Below are positions 20,124 through 30,405 of a stretch of 64,000 nt of DNA, in pieces. Source of the stretch: a virus. The notes under the pieces are model-generated. The model saw only the letters and a program-made list of their open reading frames with translations, searched no databases and was not told where the DNA came from. The translations under genes were made by a program, and so were the position numbers. The stretch lies in the IMG/VR virus record IMGVR_UViG_3300027976_003475; one strand, 5' to 3'. Within the stretch, counting starts at the first letter, position 1. Each line of letters starts with the position of its first letter.

Positions 20124-21133
20124 CGCCCCTCGATGACAACCTCGGGCCACGGGTACGGCCCCGCGCCGTTGTTCAGAGCGTCGGGGTCAACGTGCTCGAG
20201 TTTCGCGAGCAGGTTTTCGTACCAGCGACGCGCGTAGAGCTGGCAGTTGTTGCAGTGCTGGTGTGTGCAGCCGGGCAGCGGCGCCGAATAGCGCGCGTCG
20301 AAACTCCACGCCGTCGAGTCCGCGCTCCGCAGGAGCTTCCACACTGGCAACCACGCCCCATATCGCTCCCACGGCGTTCCCCGGAGCGAGGTGCCGAGCG
20401 GGCGGTTACTGAGGGTCACGTTGGTCAGACCGTCGGTCTTGAACCCGAGCGCATGGAGCCGCAGGCCATGCTCCGCGAGGTCCGCAAGCATCATCGCCGC
20501 GCGAAGCGTCGCGGAGCGGCGGCAAATGGAACCCACCCCCACGACGGGCTCGCGCCGGAGGTCGATGCCCCGCGCGTAATACATTTCAAGGTGCCGCTCG
20601 TGATCGCCAATGCCCCAGCCCTGGAGCACCGGGGCCCACGGGACGTCAGGCGCGATCGTGCGGAGCTCGATCAGCGAGTCAATCGTGAGTTGCTGGTGCC
20701 GCTCGACGTCGAGCCCGGTGAGCGAGAGCACGCACTCCTCGGTCATCCAATCCATGATCGCGGCCCACTCCAGGCCACCGCACTCCTGCATGAACCGGCG
20801 CACGCCATCGGCGTAGCGGCGCGCGTCGTACGTCCATCGCCCTTCGGTCGACAGCTCCTTGAACCCGCCGCTGTCGAGGCACCACTTGGTCTGCGCGGGG
20901 CGGAGCGAGCGCACGTCTTGCAACTCGCGCATCTGCCGGTAGCTGATGAAGAGCGGGACACCCTGCATCGCCGGATCGAAGAGCCAATGCGGCTTGTGAA
21001 CGCCCAGGTAGAACGTGAACGGCCGGGCGTTGGGTGAGAGCATCGGCGCCACCCGCCGCGCCGGGGGCGGCGGAGGGGAGGGGCGGGGCGGGGTCGCCCA
21101 CTCGAAAAGCATTTGATCTGTGCGGCGCTTCAT
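20120..21133 (-). CDS. dpdA: DpdA-like / tRNA-guanine-transglycosylase-fold protein (7-deazaguanine DNA insertion)
   Basis: LDSGGF, IMDWM, PVLQG, VGVGSIC, LHALG, ADSTAW, terminal HCNNC. Confidence 0.75.
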   Translation of the reverse strand: MKRRTDQMLFEWATPPRPSPPPPPARRVAPMLSPNARPFTFYLGVHKPHWLFDPAMQGVPLFISYRQMRELQDVRSLRPAQTKWCLDSGGFKELSTEGRWTYDARRYADGVRRFMQECGGLEWAAIMDWMTEECVLSLTGLDVERHQQLTIDSLIELRTIAPDVPWAPVLQGWGIGDHERHLEMYYARGIDLRREPVVGVGSICRRSATLRAAMMLADLAEHGLRLHALGFKTDGLTNVTLSNRPLGTSLRGTPWERYGAWLPVWKLLRSADSTAWSFDARYSAPLPGCTHQHCNNCQLYARRWYENLLAKLEHVDPDALNNGAGPYPWPEVVIEGR

Positions 21134-21148
21134 GGACGATGCCGTTCT

Positions 21149-21544
21149 CTACCGATGCAGGTGTAGCGGGCGGGGCCACGCGCCCGCGCCGAAGGTCTGC
21201 ACCGCATCGGCGGCCGTGTAGCGGATCGGCTTGCCCAGGATCACCGCGGCGAGGTCGTCGGCGCGCTGCTCCGAGCCCGGCAGGTGACGCGACGCATCGG
21301 CGGCGTGTCCCAGCTCGTGCGCGAGGAGGGCCCCTACGACGTCGCGGCCCCGCTTGAGCGCCCGCGCGAGGAGGTGCACGTCCCCGTTGACCATCCACGC
21401 GAGGTCACGCCCCGCACAGGGCGTCCAGGCGTCCGGGCAGGGTCGGCGGACGATGTAGAGCTGCGCCCGAGACACCGCCGGAAAGAGCGACGCGAACGCC
21501 TCGCGCTGGCGCCGGAACACGGCTCGTGTCTCATCGAAGGTCAT
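21149..21544 (-). CDS. Small HExxH zinc-metallopeptidase-like protein
   Basis: LLAHELGH..EQRADDLA. Confidence 0.6.
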   Translation of the reverse strand: MTFDETRAVFRRQREAFASLFPAVSRAQLYIVRRPCPDAWTPCAGRDLAWMVNGDVHLLARALKRGRDVVGALLAHELGHAADASRHLPGSEQRADDLAAVILGKPIRYTAADAVQTFGAGAWPRPLHLHR

Positions 21545-22665
21545 CGCCGCTTGGCGTTGGGCTTGGGCTTGTGCGCGGCGCGGTGGGCCGCCAGCGCCGC
21601 CGCGCCAGCGGGCGTCAGCGTCAGGCGGTCCTTGGTGGCAGTGAGCAGACCTGCTTTCTGGCACCGCCGGAGGTGCGGCACGCTCGCGGGCTGCACGCGG
21701 TTCGGCACGCTCTGCGAGTCCCCGAAGAACTCTGCCAGCACCCACACGTTGAGGTCCGTCGGCGTTCCCGCGGCCGGGCGGGGCGCCGCGGCCGGGCGGG
21801 GCGCCGGGGCGTAGCGGGGCGCCGCGGCCGGGCGGGGCGCCGGGGCGTACCGGGGCGCCGCCCCCGGCGCGGCGTGGGGGTTGTGCTGCGCGGCGCGGTG
21901 GTCCGCCAGCGCCGCCGCGCCAGCGGTCGTCAGCGTCAGGCGGTCCTTGGTGACCGTGATCAGACCTGCTTTCAAGCAACGCTGGAGGTACGGCCGTTTT
22001 GTGGGCTCCATGCGGTTCGGCACGCTCTGCGCGTCCCCGAAGAACTCGTCCAGCACCCACACATAGAGGTCCGTCGAGGGCGCCGGGGCCGGGCGGGGCG
22101 CCGGGGCCGGGCGGCCCCATTCTCTCTCAGCCGCGCGGTTCGCCGCGGCCCGTTGGCGTATCGCGGCGTCCATGGCGTCTTCGCCGCGGGACGCCGGGCG
22201 GGGGTCGGGTGCGTACCGGGGCGACGGGGCCGGGCGGCCGGATTCTCTCGCAGCCTCGCGGCGCATCGCGGCGTCCATGGCGTCTTCCCCACGGCGCATC
22301 GCGGCGCCGATGGCCGCTTCCTCGCGGCGCGACTCCTCGCGCGTCCGCGCGTCCTCCCGCGCGATCATCTCGACGCCCGTAGGCGTCAGGTGGAACTGGT
22401 GACGGGACTCGATGACGTACCCCACCTCGGTCGCGCGCCGCAGCGGCTCGACGTCGTACGCAAGCACCCGCTCTCGCTCGACGACGTGCGCGCGGCCGTA
22501 GAGGAAGAGCGTGTGCAGACTCAGCTTGTCGTCCGCCGACAACAGTGGGGGCGCGACGAGGAGCGGTGACCGCTCGGGCGCCGGAGGGCGACGGGGCATG
22601 GCCGACTGCATCGGGGGCGCGTCGAAGAGCGACGGCTGCGCGGGGGCGTAGGTGCGACGGGGCAT
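21541..22665 (-). CDS. Protein with repeated winged-helix-like modules and Pro-rich linkers
   Basis: Two near-identical VWVL.EFFGD.QSVPNR..KAGL.T.TKDRLTLT.AG units; ends KPKPNAKRR. Confidence 0.65.
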   Translation of the reverse strand: MPRRTYAPAQPSLFDAPPMQSAMPRRPPAPERSPLLVAPPLLSADDKLSLHTLFLYGRAHVVERERVLAYDVEPLRRATEVGYVIESRHQFHLTPTGVEMIAREDARTREESRREEAAIGAAMRRGEDAMDAAMRREAARESGRPAPSPRYAPDPRPASRGEDAMDAAIRQRAAANRAAEREWGRPAPAPRPAPAPSTDLYVWVLDEFFGDAQSVPNRMEPTKRPYLQRCLKAGLITVTKDRLTLTTAGAAALADHRAAQHNPHAAPGAAPRYAPAPRPAAAPRYAPAPRPAAAPRPAAGTPTDLNVWVLAEFFGDSQSVPNRVQPASVPHLRRCQKAGLLTATKDRLTLTPAGAAALAAHRAAHKPKPNAKRR

Positions 22666-22689
22666 GGTGCGAACCTACCCCGACCCGCG

Positions 22690-22870
22690 CCCGGACGAAA
22701 GGTGCCGCGCCCGTTGAGCGGGCGGGCATCGCGCTTCCGGCGATGTACGCGCTCGGCTTCGACCACAACAACTGCCTCGGGTGCGTCAAGGCCACGTCGG
22801 CGGGCTACTGGAACCGCACGCGAAGACTCTCCCCGAGGTGTTCGCGGGGCGTTCTACCGGCGCGCGGTAG
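22690..22870 (+). pseudogene. Relic of a phage PAPS-reductase-like/PP-loop gene
   Basis: VERAGIALPAMYALGFDHNNCLGCVKATSAGYWN, then an apparent 1-nt frameshift that would restore LFPEVFA; N-terminal part absent. Confidence 0.65.
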
Positions 22871-23663
22871 CGCGGGTGCGGCGGGCGGGCGCGATCTCGG
22901 GCGGGGTCAGCCGCACCGTGGGCGCCGGTGGCGCTGCTACTGGCGCGCGGGAGAGGTCACCGAGGGTGTACGCGGCCTCGTCGCTTCCCACCGGGTTGAT
23001 GTGCGCGAGGTTGGGGCTGATGGCCCACCCGGCGCCGCCCTGGCCGTCCGTCGCGATCATTTGCGACCCGGCGAAGCTGTGATCGTAGGCATCGGCCGCT
23101 TCATGCTGAAGCCGCGTCGCGGCCTCGCGGATGTTTTCGACCGTGCCGTTGTGGGGCGCCTGGAGCACGTCAATGGCGAAGCCGTCGCGCGAGCGCAGGA
23201 AATAGTACACCGTGAACGGCGCGTGACCCGGGCGACGCGAGGGCGCGGGGGCGCGGGGGCGCGGGGGCGCGAGCGCAGCGGGCCGCGCGTTGCGCTTTAC
23301 GGTCGACTCTCGCACCGCATCGCGCACGCCCTGATTGAACGCGGCGAGGAGGGCCTTGTCGTCCCCGATGTCGTAGCGATACGGGCTTCCCGACGCGCCC
23401 ATGTTCCAGAACGCAAGCTCTTGGACGGCGTACAGGAACGAGGCGGGGGACGGCTTCGGCAGCTTGTACGCGCCCGTGCTGTGGCGCTCATGGAGCTCCT
23501 GCTCTGACCGCAGCTCCACCTTCACCGCCTCGCGCCCGAACTCCGCCCCGAGCGAGCGCGCGACCGAGCGCGGGGCCGTGAACCTCACAGGGGCCGCATG
23601 GGGCACCTCGACGGCGAAAACTCTCTGGCCGTACTGCCCCGCCCTGTGTCCGTTGCTCTGCAT
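22854..23663 (-). CDS. Two-domain hypothetical protein split by a KRN/Pro linker
   Basis: ATG overlaps the desulfurase stop; STVKRNARPAALAPP junction. Confidence 0.65.
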   Translation of the reverse strand: MQSNGHRAGQYGQRVFAVEVPHAAPVRFTAPRSVARSLGAEFGREAVKVELRSEQELHERHSTGAYKLPKPSPASFLYAVQELAFWNMGASGSPYRYDIGDDKALLAAFNQGVRDAVRESTVKRNARPAALAPPRPRAPAPSRRPGHAPFTVYYFLRSRDGFAIDVLQAPHNGTVENIREAATRLQHEAADAYDHSFAGSQMIATDGQGGAGWAISPNLAHINPVGSDEAAYTLGDLSRAPVAAPPAPTVRLTPPEIAPARRTRATARR

Positions 23664-24877
23664 CACCGCACCCTGTTCTTTCGCGCGCACTCCACCAGAA
23701 TCCCCGCCGCTTCTTCGACTTGAGCCGCGTCGTTGCAGGCGCCCAGGCCCACACGCACAATCGCGCCGTCATCCGGCGCCCCGAGGGCCTCCAGCACATG
23801 CGAGCGCTGCCCCCCGAGGGCCTTGCAGGCGCTCCCGGCGGACACGCACACGCGCTCGCGCGCGTCGGCGTGGAAGCCCGCGGAGTCGATGCCCACCAGG
23901 GTCACGTTGAGGTTGTGCGGGAGACGCACCAGACGCACCAGCCGCTCCGGCGCGGCCCCTTCGTCCCAGCACGGCGGGTCGATCGCGCCGTTGACGCGCA
24001 CGATCTCCCCCAGGCCCGATTGCAGCCGCGCGAGCAGGAGGTCGCGCAGGTAGCGCAGCCGCGCCGCCTCGGGCCGCGGCCCGCGGGCCCAGCGCTCCGC
24101 CATCTCGTCGCACGCCACGCCGAACCCGGCGATGGCGTGGGCGTTGATCGTACCCGCGCGGCGGCCTCGCTCCTGGCCGCCGCCGAGGGTCTGCGGGTCG
24201 AGGAACTCCCACACCCGCGGGCGTGCGTAGAGAGCGCCCACGCCCGTCGGGCCGTAGAGCTTGTGAGCACTCATGGCGGCGGAGTCGATGTTCGCGAGGT
24301 CGAACGGCACGCGCCCGAAACTCTGGCAGAGGTCCGCGTGCAGGAGCACTCCACGGCGTCCGCAGAGCTCTCCCACCTCGTTGATGGGATTGATGCTGCC
24401 CACCTCGTTGTTCGCGCCCTGGAGCGCCACCATGACCGTCTGCGGGCGCAACCGGCGCTCGACGCACCCAACGCGCACGGCGCCGCCGTCGCGCACCGGC
24501 ACCAGCTCGAAGTCGATCTCACCGCGCGCCGCGGCGCGCTTCAACGGCGCGAGGATGGAGCTGTGCTCCGCGGCGCCCGCGAGCACATGCGGCTTGGCGA
24601 GTCCGCGCGCCTTCGCGCCTGCAATCGCGCCCATTACCGCGAGGTTGTTGGCTTCGGTCGCGCCGCTGGTGAACGTCACGTCTGCGGGATCACAGGCCCC
24701 CAGGAGCGACGCGACCGACGCGCGCGCGCAGTCGATGCGCTCCGCCGACGCGCGCCCCGCGTGGTGCGCGGACGAAGCGTTGCCGCACTGCTGCATCGCA
24801 GCAAGCACTGCTGCTTGAACGCGCGGCGAGGTCGGGGTGGTTGCGTTGCAGTCGAGGTAGATCAGTGGTCGGGGCAT
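23663..24877 (-). CDS. iscS: Cysteine desulfurase (IscS/NifS/DndA family)
   Basis: YLDCNATTP, FTSGATEANN, ANNEVG, SAHKLYGP (PLP Lys), GGGQERG, VSAGSAC (catalytic Cys). Confidence 0.93.
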   Translation of the reverse strand: MPRPLIYLDCNATTPTSPRVQAAVLAAMQQCGNASSAHHAGRASAERIDCARASVASLLGACDPADVTFTSGATEANNLAVMGAIAGAKARGLAKPHVLAGAAEHSSILAPLKRAAARGEIDFELVPVRDGGAVRVGCVERRLRPQTVMVALQGANNEVGSINPINEVGELCGRRGVLLHADLCQSFGRVPFDLANIDSAAMSAHKLYGPTGVGALYARPRVWEFLDPQTLGGGQERGRRAGTINAHAIAGFGVACDEMAERWARGPRPEAARLRYLRDLLLARLQSGLGEIVRVNGAIDPPCWDEGAAPERLVRLVRLPHNLNVTLVGIDSAGFHADARERVCVSAGSACKALGGQRSHVLEALGAPDDGAIVRVGLGACNDAAQVEEAAGILVECARKNRVR

Positions 24878-24886
24878 TGGTGGGGT

Positions 24887-25975
24887 CTACCTCCAGCGGC
24901 GCGCGCGGTGGGGAGGGTGGTCGCGTTCAAGGCCCACCTCCAGGCCGACGTGTTCGGCCACCGTCGCGCCCATGTCGCCGCTGTTGCGCTTCGGCGGGAC
25001 GTCGAGAGTGATGATGTTCGTGGTGAGGTCGAGCGTCGCGACGAACGGCGTCGGCGGCTCTTGATTTGTCCAGCGAAGCGGCATGTCGAGGGCGACGTCG
25101 GCGCGGCGGTCGTGCTTCGCGGCGTCGTTGAACGCGCCCGTCAGCCATTCCTTTACCTCGCGCGGTTCGAGGCGCAGGTAACCGAAGATCGCCGACCAGG
25201 GCATCGCGCCCGCCGCGCGCGGCGTGAGCATCACCGTCCACGATCCCCACGGCACGATTACCGGCGAGGTAAAGTCGCGCGCCGTAACGTGGTAGCTGCT
25301 CGGGAGGTACTTGTACCAGCGATAAATGGCGTCGAGGCTCCCGAGACGGCGCGGCTCGACGTCCGGCACTGCGAAGGTTCGCGTGAACGCGGCGTGCTGC
25401 GCCGCCGCCGCGGCCCGGTCTGCCTCGCGCCGTTGAATCTCGGCGAGGAATGACGCGAACGCGCCGGGCGGCGCGACGTGCGCGTCGAGCGGCACGCGAG
25501 CAAGGTCCGCCATGCCCCGCGCGGCGGCCTCGACGCGGCGCTCCATGTACGAAACGCGGCGCTCGGCTTCGGCGCTCTGGCCCGTCGCGATCAGGTGCGC
25601 GAGCTCCTCCTGTCCGGGGTACTCGCCCGCAATCGCGGTCGTGGTCGCGACGTCCGGGTCACCGTGCGGGTCATCGGGCGCGAACTCCCAGGCGCGGCGC
25701 CACGCCGCTTCGACCCGCGCCCACAACGCGCCAGCGTCCGGGGCCCCAGCAGGCCCAGGAGCGCCCGCCGCCGCGGTGGCGGGCGCCGTGCGCGCCACGA
25801 CCCGCAACGCGGCACCAAGGGCGGCGCGGAGGGCGGCAACGGTCACCTCAAAGGGGATCGCGAACACCTCGCGGTGCTGCGCGCGATCGAAGAGCACCAG
25901 CCGCGCGGTGTCGCCGTCGACATGGAGCTGCAACGCGCGGCCCGCGTCGAGCGGAACCTCTTGGAGCAGGCCCAC
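24887..25975 (-). CDS. Hypothetical protein carrying the shared N-terminal domain
   Basis: N-terminus aligns with those of the SNF2 and DUF3560-MTase proteins; PPKRN near the C-terminus. Confidence 0.65.
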   Translation of the reverse strand: MGLLQEVPLDAGRALQLHVDGDTARLVLFDRAQHREVFAIPFEVTVAALRAALGAALRVVARTAPATAAAGAPGPAGAPDAGALWARVEAAWRRAWEFAPDDPHGDPDVATTTAIAGEYPGQEELAHLIATGQSAEAERRVSYMERRVEAAARGMADLARVPLDAHVAPPGAFASFLAEIQRREADRAAAAAQHAAFTRTFAVPDVEPRRLGSLDAIYRWYKYLPSSYHVTARDFTSPVIVPWGSWTVMLTPRAAGAMPWSAIFGYLRLEPREVKEWLTGAFNDAAKHDRRADVALDMPLRWTNQEPPTPFVATLDLTTNIITLDVPPKRNSGDMGATVAEHVGLEVGLERDHPPHRARRWR

Positions 25976-25979
25976 GGGA

Positions 25980-28274
25980 TCAGTACCGGCGGCGCGGGGG
26001 CGGGCGGCGGTTCTGCTTGACCACGATGCCTGCCGCGGCGAGCTCCTCCATCATGGCGCGCATGAGCTCCTCGTCGCTGGCGCGGCGCGGCGCCGGGGCA
26101 GCGGGCGGGCGGGCCACGGGGGCGCGGCGGGGGCGCGGCTCCTCCAGGGCGGGGGCGCCGAAGCGCGCCGCGCGCGGCGGGAGGGGACGGCGCTCCTCCA
26201 GGGCGGGGACGCCGAAGCGCGCCGCGCGCGGCGGGAGGGGACGGCGCTCCTCCAGGGCGGGGGGGGCGCTCCAGGGGCGGCGCGCGGGGACGTCGCGGTA
26301 GATGTTGCCGGGCTGGTGGGGCGCGATCTCCAGCGTGTGCTGGCCGCGCATCACGCGCAGCGTGTCGCCGGGGCGCTGGCCTTCGTAGCGCGGCGCCCAC
26401 GTCCCGTTGCCTTCGAGCAGTCGTTGCGGGTCGAGCAGCACCACGCCCGGCTCGCCCGCCTGATCGCGCACCACCTCCGCCACGGTTCCGCGCAGCGTCG
26501 ACTCCATGCGATGCCCCGACCGCAGCACGACCTGATCGCCCGCCTTCACGACGGCCCAATGGCCCAGGTTGCGCGAAGCGCGCCCGCCCCCGCCCCCGCT
26601 GCTCTTCACGCCGCCGCCGCTGTTCGTGAACGGCGTCGGCATGTCGGGGCCGGAGCGCTCGGGGACGTGATAGTCGCCCTTGGCCGCGTACTTCGACGCG
26701 AGCCGGACGAACTGCGCGAGGTCGGTCGGGATCGGATCACCGATGTCATACCGACCCTCGTAATAGAACCCGTCGGGGTATTCCACCTTGATCCCCGTCT
26801 TGCAGTAGCCCTTTTCGCCCACGATGCCCTCGCGGCGCCCGCGCGCCTTCGCCGCGATGCCCTCGCGCAGCAACGCCGTGGCTTCCTGCCACATTGCCGG
26901 GCCGGAGAACGTGCGCGGGAGTCCGAGTTCGTTGAGCCGCTCCGATTCGCTCCACTCGAACGTGATGGCGCTGGCGCCGAGGGGGCGTGGGCGGGCCTCT
27001 TCAAGCGCGGGCACGCCGAACCGCGGGGTGCGCGGGGGCGGCGGCATGGTGACGGGGCGGGGTGCGCGGGGCGCGAGCGGCCGGGACGCATGGGGCGGCT
27101 CCTCGCCGCGCACCGTCGCGACCACCTTGGGCGAGCGGCCGGGACGCCTGGGGGGGGGCAACGCGCCCGTACGGATGTCCTCGCGGCGAGCGCCCGCGAG
27201 GGCGCGCGAGCGGGTCATGACATGGCCGCCGACGACGTGCGCGGGGGCGCCGTCGCGGGCGACCGCGCGCGCTCGAATCTCGCCCGCGTAGTCGTCTCCG
27301 CCGACGGTCTGACCGATCCAGGCGTCGGCGCGGTCGGAGTAGTAGGAGCCGCCGGGCACGCCCTGCGAACCGCGGTTGGGCTTGCGGGGCGCTTGCTGCG
27401 CCGCGTACAGCGCCAGGGCGCGGTGCGCGGCGTCAGGGGTGTCGTAGTACGACAACACCGTGTCGCGGGCGGGGCGCCCGTCGTAGCCGTCCGAGGGGTT
27501 CCAGACCTGCGCCACATAGCCGCGGCCTCGCACCTCACCAACCGCGAACTGCAAGCCCAGCGCCGGGTGCCTCCACACGCGCACGTTGCCGACGCCCTGC
27601 GCGAGCCCGCTGGAGACGGTCCTCCACTGCGCGAGCGGGGGCATGTACCCCCCCAGCGGGTCACCGGGCGCGTGATACCCGCCGTGGTGGTTGGGCTTCG
27701 GGGACTCGAACTCGAAGGGCTCGAAAGACGTGTCGTAGGGAACGCCGCCGACGTCGGGCAGGCTTGGGCACTCGTCGTAGGCTTCCGCCGGGACGGGGCG
27801 CCCCGCGCGGAGCTGATCCCCGTAGGTCTCGCACGCGGTTTGGGGGGGTGCCTTCGGCACCCGCACGGCTCGTCGGAGCTCGCGGTCGGGGACGATGTAC
27901 CGCTGCCCCTTCTGCACCGCGAATACCTGCTTGGTCTTCGGCTTCGCCGCGGACGGCGACGCGCCCCCGACGACGGTCACGCGCTGCGTGTCGCAGCGGT
28001 TCACGAGCTTGCCCTTGCGGTTCGGGGTGAGCTCGCAGTTGACGCGCGCGTAGAACTCGCGCCCGACCAGGGTGTCCGCGAACGGGAGGATGGGGAAGTT
28101 CGCCGGGAGCGCGGCGCGTTCGGCAGCGAGCCGATCGCGCGCCTGCTGCGCCGTCAGCTTCGCGGCCTTGTGCGCGGTGAGGTTCTCCGCCGCCATCCGC
28201 TGCTCGATGGTCGTGCGCTTCTGCTCGACGGCCTTGCGGGGCTTCGCGGGCGCCTTCTTCTTCTGCTTCGCCAT
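25980..28274 (-). CDS. Basic multidomain (polyprotein-like) putative virion core protein
   Basis: Lys-rich N-terminus; PKPN, RKPN and KQN junctions; RFGVPALEE repeats. Confidence 0.7.
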   Translation of the reverse strand: MAKQKKKAPAKPRKAVEQKRTTIEQRMAAENLTAHKAAKLTAQQARDRLAAERAALPANFPILPFADTLVGREFYARVNCELTPNRKGKLVNRCDTQRVTVVGGASPSAAKPKTKQVFAVQKGQRYIVPDRELRRAVRVPKAPPQTACETYGDQLRAGRPVPAEAYDECPSLPDVGGVPYDTSFEPFEFESPKPNHHGGYHAPGDPLGGYMPPLAQWRTVSSGLAQGVGNVRVWRHPALGLQFAVGEVRGRGYVAQVWNPSDGYDGRPARDTVLSYYDTPDAAHRALALYAAQQAPRKPNRGSQGVPGGSYYSDRADAWIGQTVGGDDYAGEIRARAVARDGAPAHVVGGHVMTRSRALAGARREDIRTGALPPPRRPGRSPKVVATVRGEEPPHASRPLAPRAPRPVTMPPPPRTPRFGVPALEEARPRPLGASAITFEWSESERLNELGLPRTFSGPAMWQEATALLREGIAAKARGRREGIVGEKGYCKTGIKVEYPDGFYYEGRYDIGDPIPTDLAQFVRLASKYAAKGDYHVPERSGPDMPTPFTNSGGGVKSSGGGGGRASRNLGHWAVVKAGDQVVLRSGHRMESTLRGTVAEVVRDQAGEPGVVLLDPQRLLEGNGTWAPRYEGQRPGDTLRVMRGQHTLEIAPHQPGNIYRDVPARRPWSAPPALEERRPLPPRAARFGVPALEERRPLPPRAARFGAPALEEPRPRRAPVARPPAAPAPRRASDEELMRAMMEELAAAGIVVKQNRRPPPRRRY
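26139..26261. repeat. 54-bp coding tandem repeat (PALEERRPLPPRAARFG)
   Basis: cctccagggcggg recurs at 26141, 26195 and 26249. Confidence 0.9.
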
Positions 28275-28306
28275 GGCGGCGAGTAGACGCCACCGCCCGC
28301 AACCCG

Positions 28307-29028
<722 letters not shown>

Positions 29029-29032
<4 letters not shown>

Positions 29033-30354
29033 CGACCGGCGCGGGCCTTCTGCGGGCGGCGGCGCGGGCGCGCGGCGGCGCCGTTGGGGCGCAGGGAGCT
29101 CATTGCGTCGTACTCGTCGATGGAGCGGCGGCGCGGGCGCGCGAGCGCGTCGTCGAGCGTCATGGCGCGGCCGATGGGCATGGCGTCCGCGTAGTGCGGC
29201 ACGGCCTCGGGCGTCACGGTCCCCCGGCGGCCCTGGAGCCGCTGGTTGGGCTTCGCGGGGGGGGCGGGCGCGTAAGAGGTACGATTGGCGGCGAGGTGCT
29301 TGAAGAGCTCCTGCTGCGAGGTGAACTTGAACCCGGTGTCGTGCCATGCGTCCCGCCATGCGTCCCGCGAACGGGCGCCCACGGCAACCCCGTGGTGCTG
29401 GTGCAGCACTTCGTACACGCCGCGCTCATGCCAGACGCCGACCCCGGCCCACCCGAGGCGCGGGAGGTGGCCGAAGCGGGTCGTTGGGTGCCCGTCGCGG
29501 TCGGCGGTGAGTACCTCCCATCGAATCGGGACGCGGAACGTGTCCAGGCTCTTCGCCGCCGCCGCGCGGACGTCGCCAGGATCGCCGCCGCGCGACGCGG
29601 TGCGAAGTGCAGCGGCGTACAGCTTGGGAATCTCCGCGTCGTGATAGAGCTCCGCCTCCCCGAGCACCAGCCATCCCGCCGTGCGCGCGATTTCGGCCTT
29701 GCCCGCGTCACGCGGCCGGGCGATCGGCACGCCGGGAAACCCGTAGCCGTAGCCGCCCGTGAGTGCGCCGTCGCTCCACAGCCGGAGGCGCGAGCCGTCC
29801 GCCGTGGTGCGCTCCGCCATCACGCGAGCGGGCGCGGGCGGGGAGCCATTGAACTTGAACCCGACCTGCTGCCCCGGCGCTGCCACTTCGCGGGCCGCGA
29901 AGAGGCCCCCGCCTTCGATGCTGGCGCCGCGCCGCGCGGGCGCCCTGGAGGCCCCGCCGCGGCTCGCCGCGCCCGCCTGGAGCGTCAGCTCGCGGGCGCG
30001 GGCCATCGCCTCGAACTTCGACGAGAACGCGCCGTCAGGGCCCGAGACGTAGGAGCGGGTGGGCGGGTTCCACACTCGCCAGCCGTCGCTGAATTGCTTG
30101 AGGTGCACCCGCTCCGGGTCTTCGGCGTCGGCGTCGACGCCGCCGCGGCGCGCGGCGCGCACGTCGCTCACTTCGAGCACGAGCTCCCGCGGCGTCTCGG
30201 CGGCGCGCTTTCGCCGCTTGGGCTCCAACCGTTGCAGGTGCGCGCTCGCGCTCGCGTGGTCGTCGGGTTCGTAGATCGCGACGAAGCGCTCCCCGTCCCA
30301 AACGCGGAAGCGACCGTCGGAGCCGGTATGAATGTGGGGGGGGGCGCCAGCCAT
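29029..30354 (-). CDS. Multidomain hypothetical protein (putative virion core)
   Basis: Several short domains; AKPN and LRPN junctions; Arg-rich tail. Confidence 0.65.
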
Positions 30355-30405
30355 GCGACCGACGATGCCGGAGCGGAGGGGGCGCGTCAACGACGCGCGG
30401 AGGGA

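Noticed and set aside
20120-24877. Calling this a canonical Dnd/Ssp phosphorothioation or full dpd locus
   Set aside because: dndB-E, ssp, que and dpdB-K genes not recognised; the PP-loop gene is only a relic
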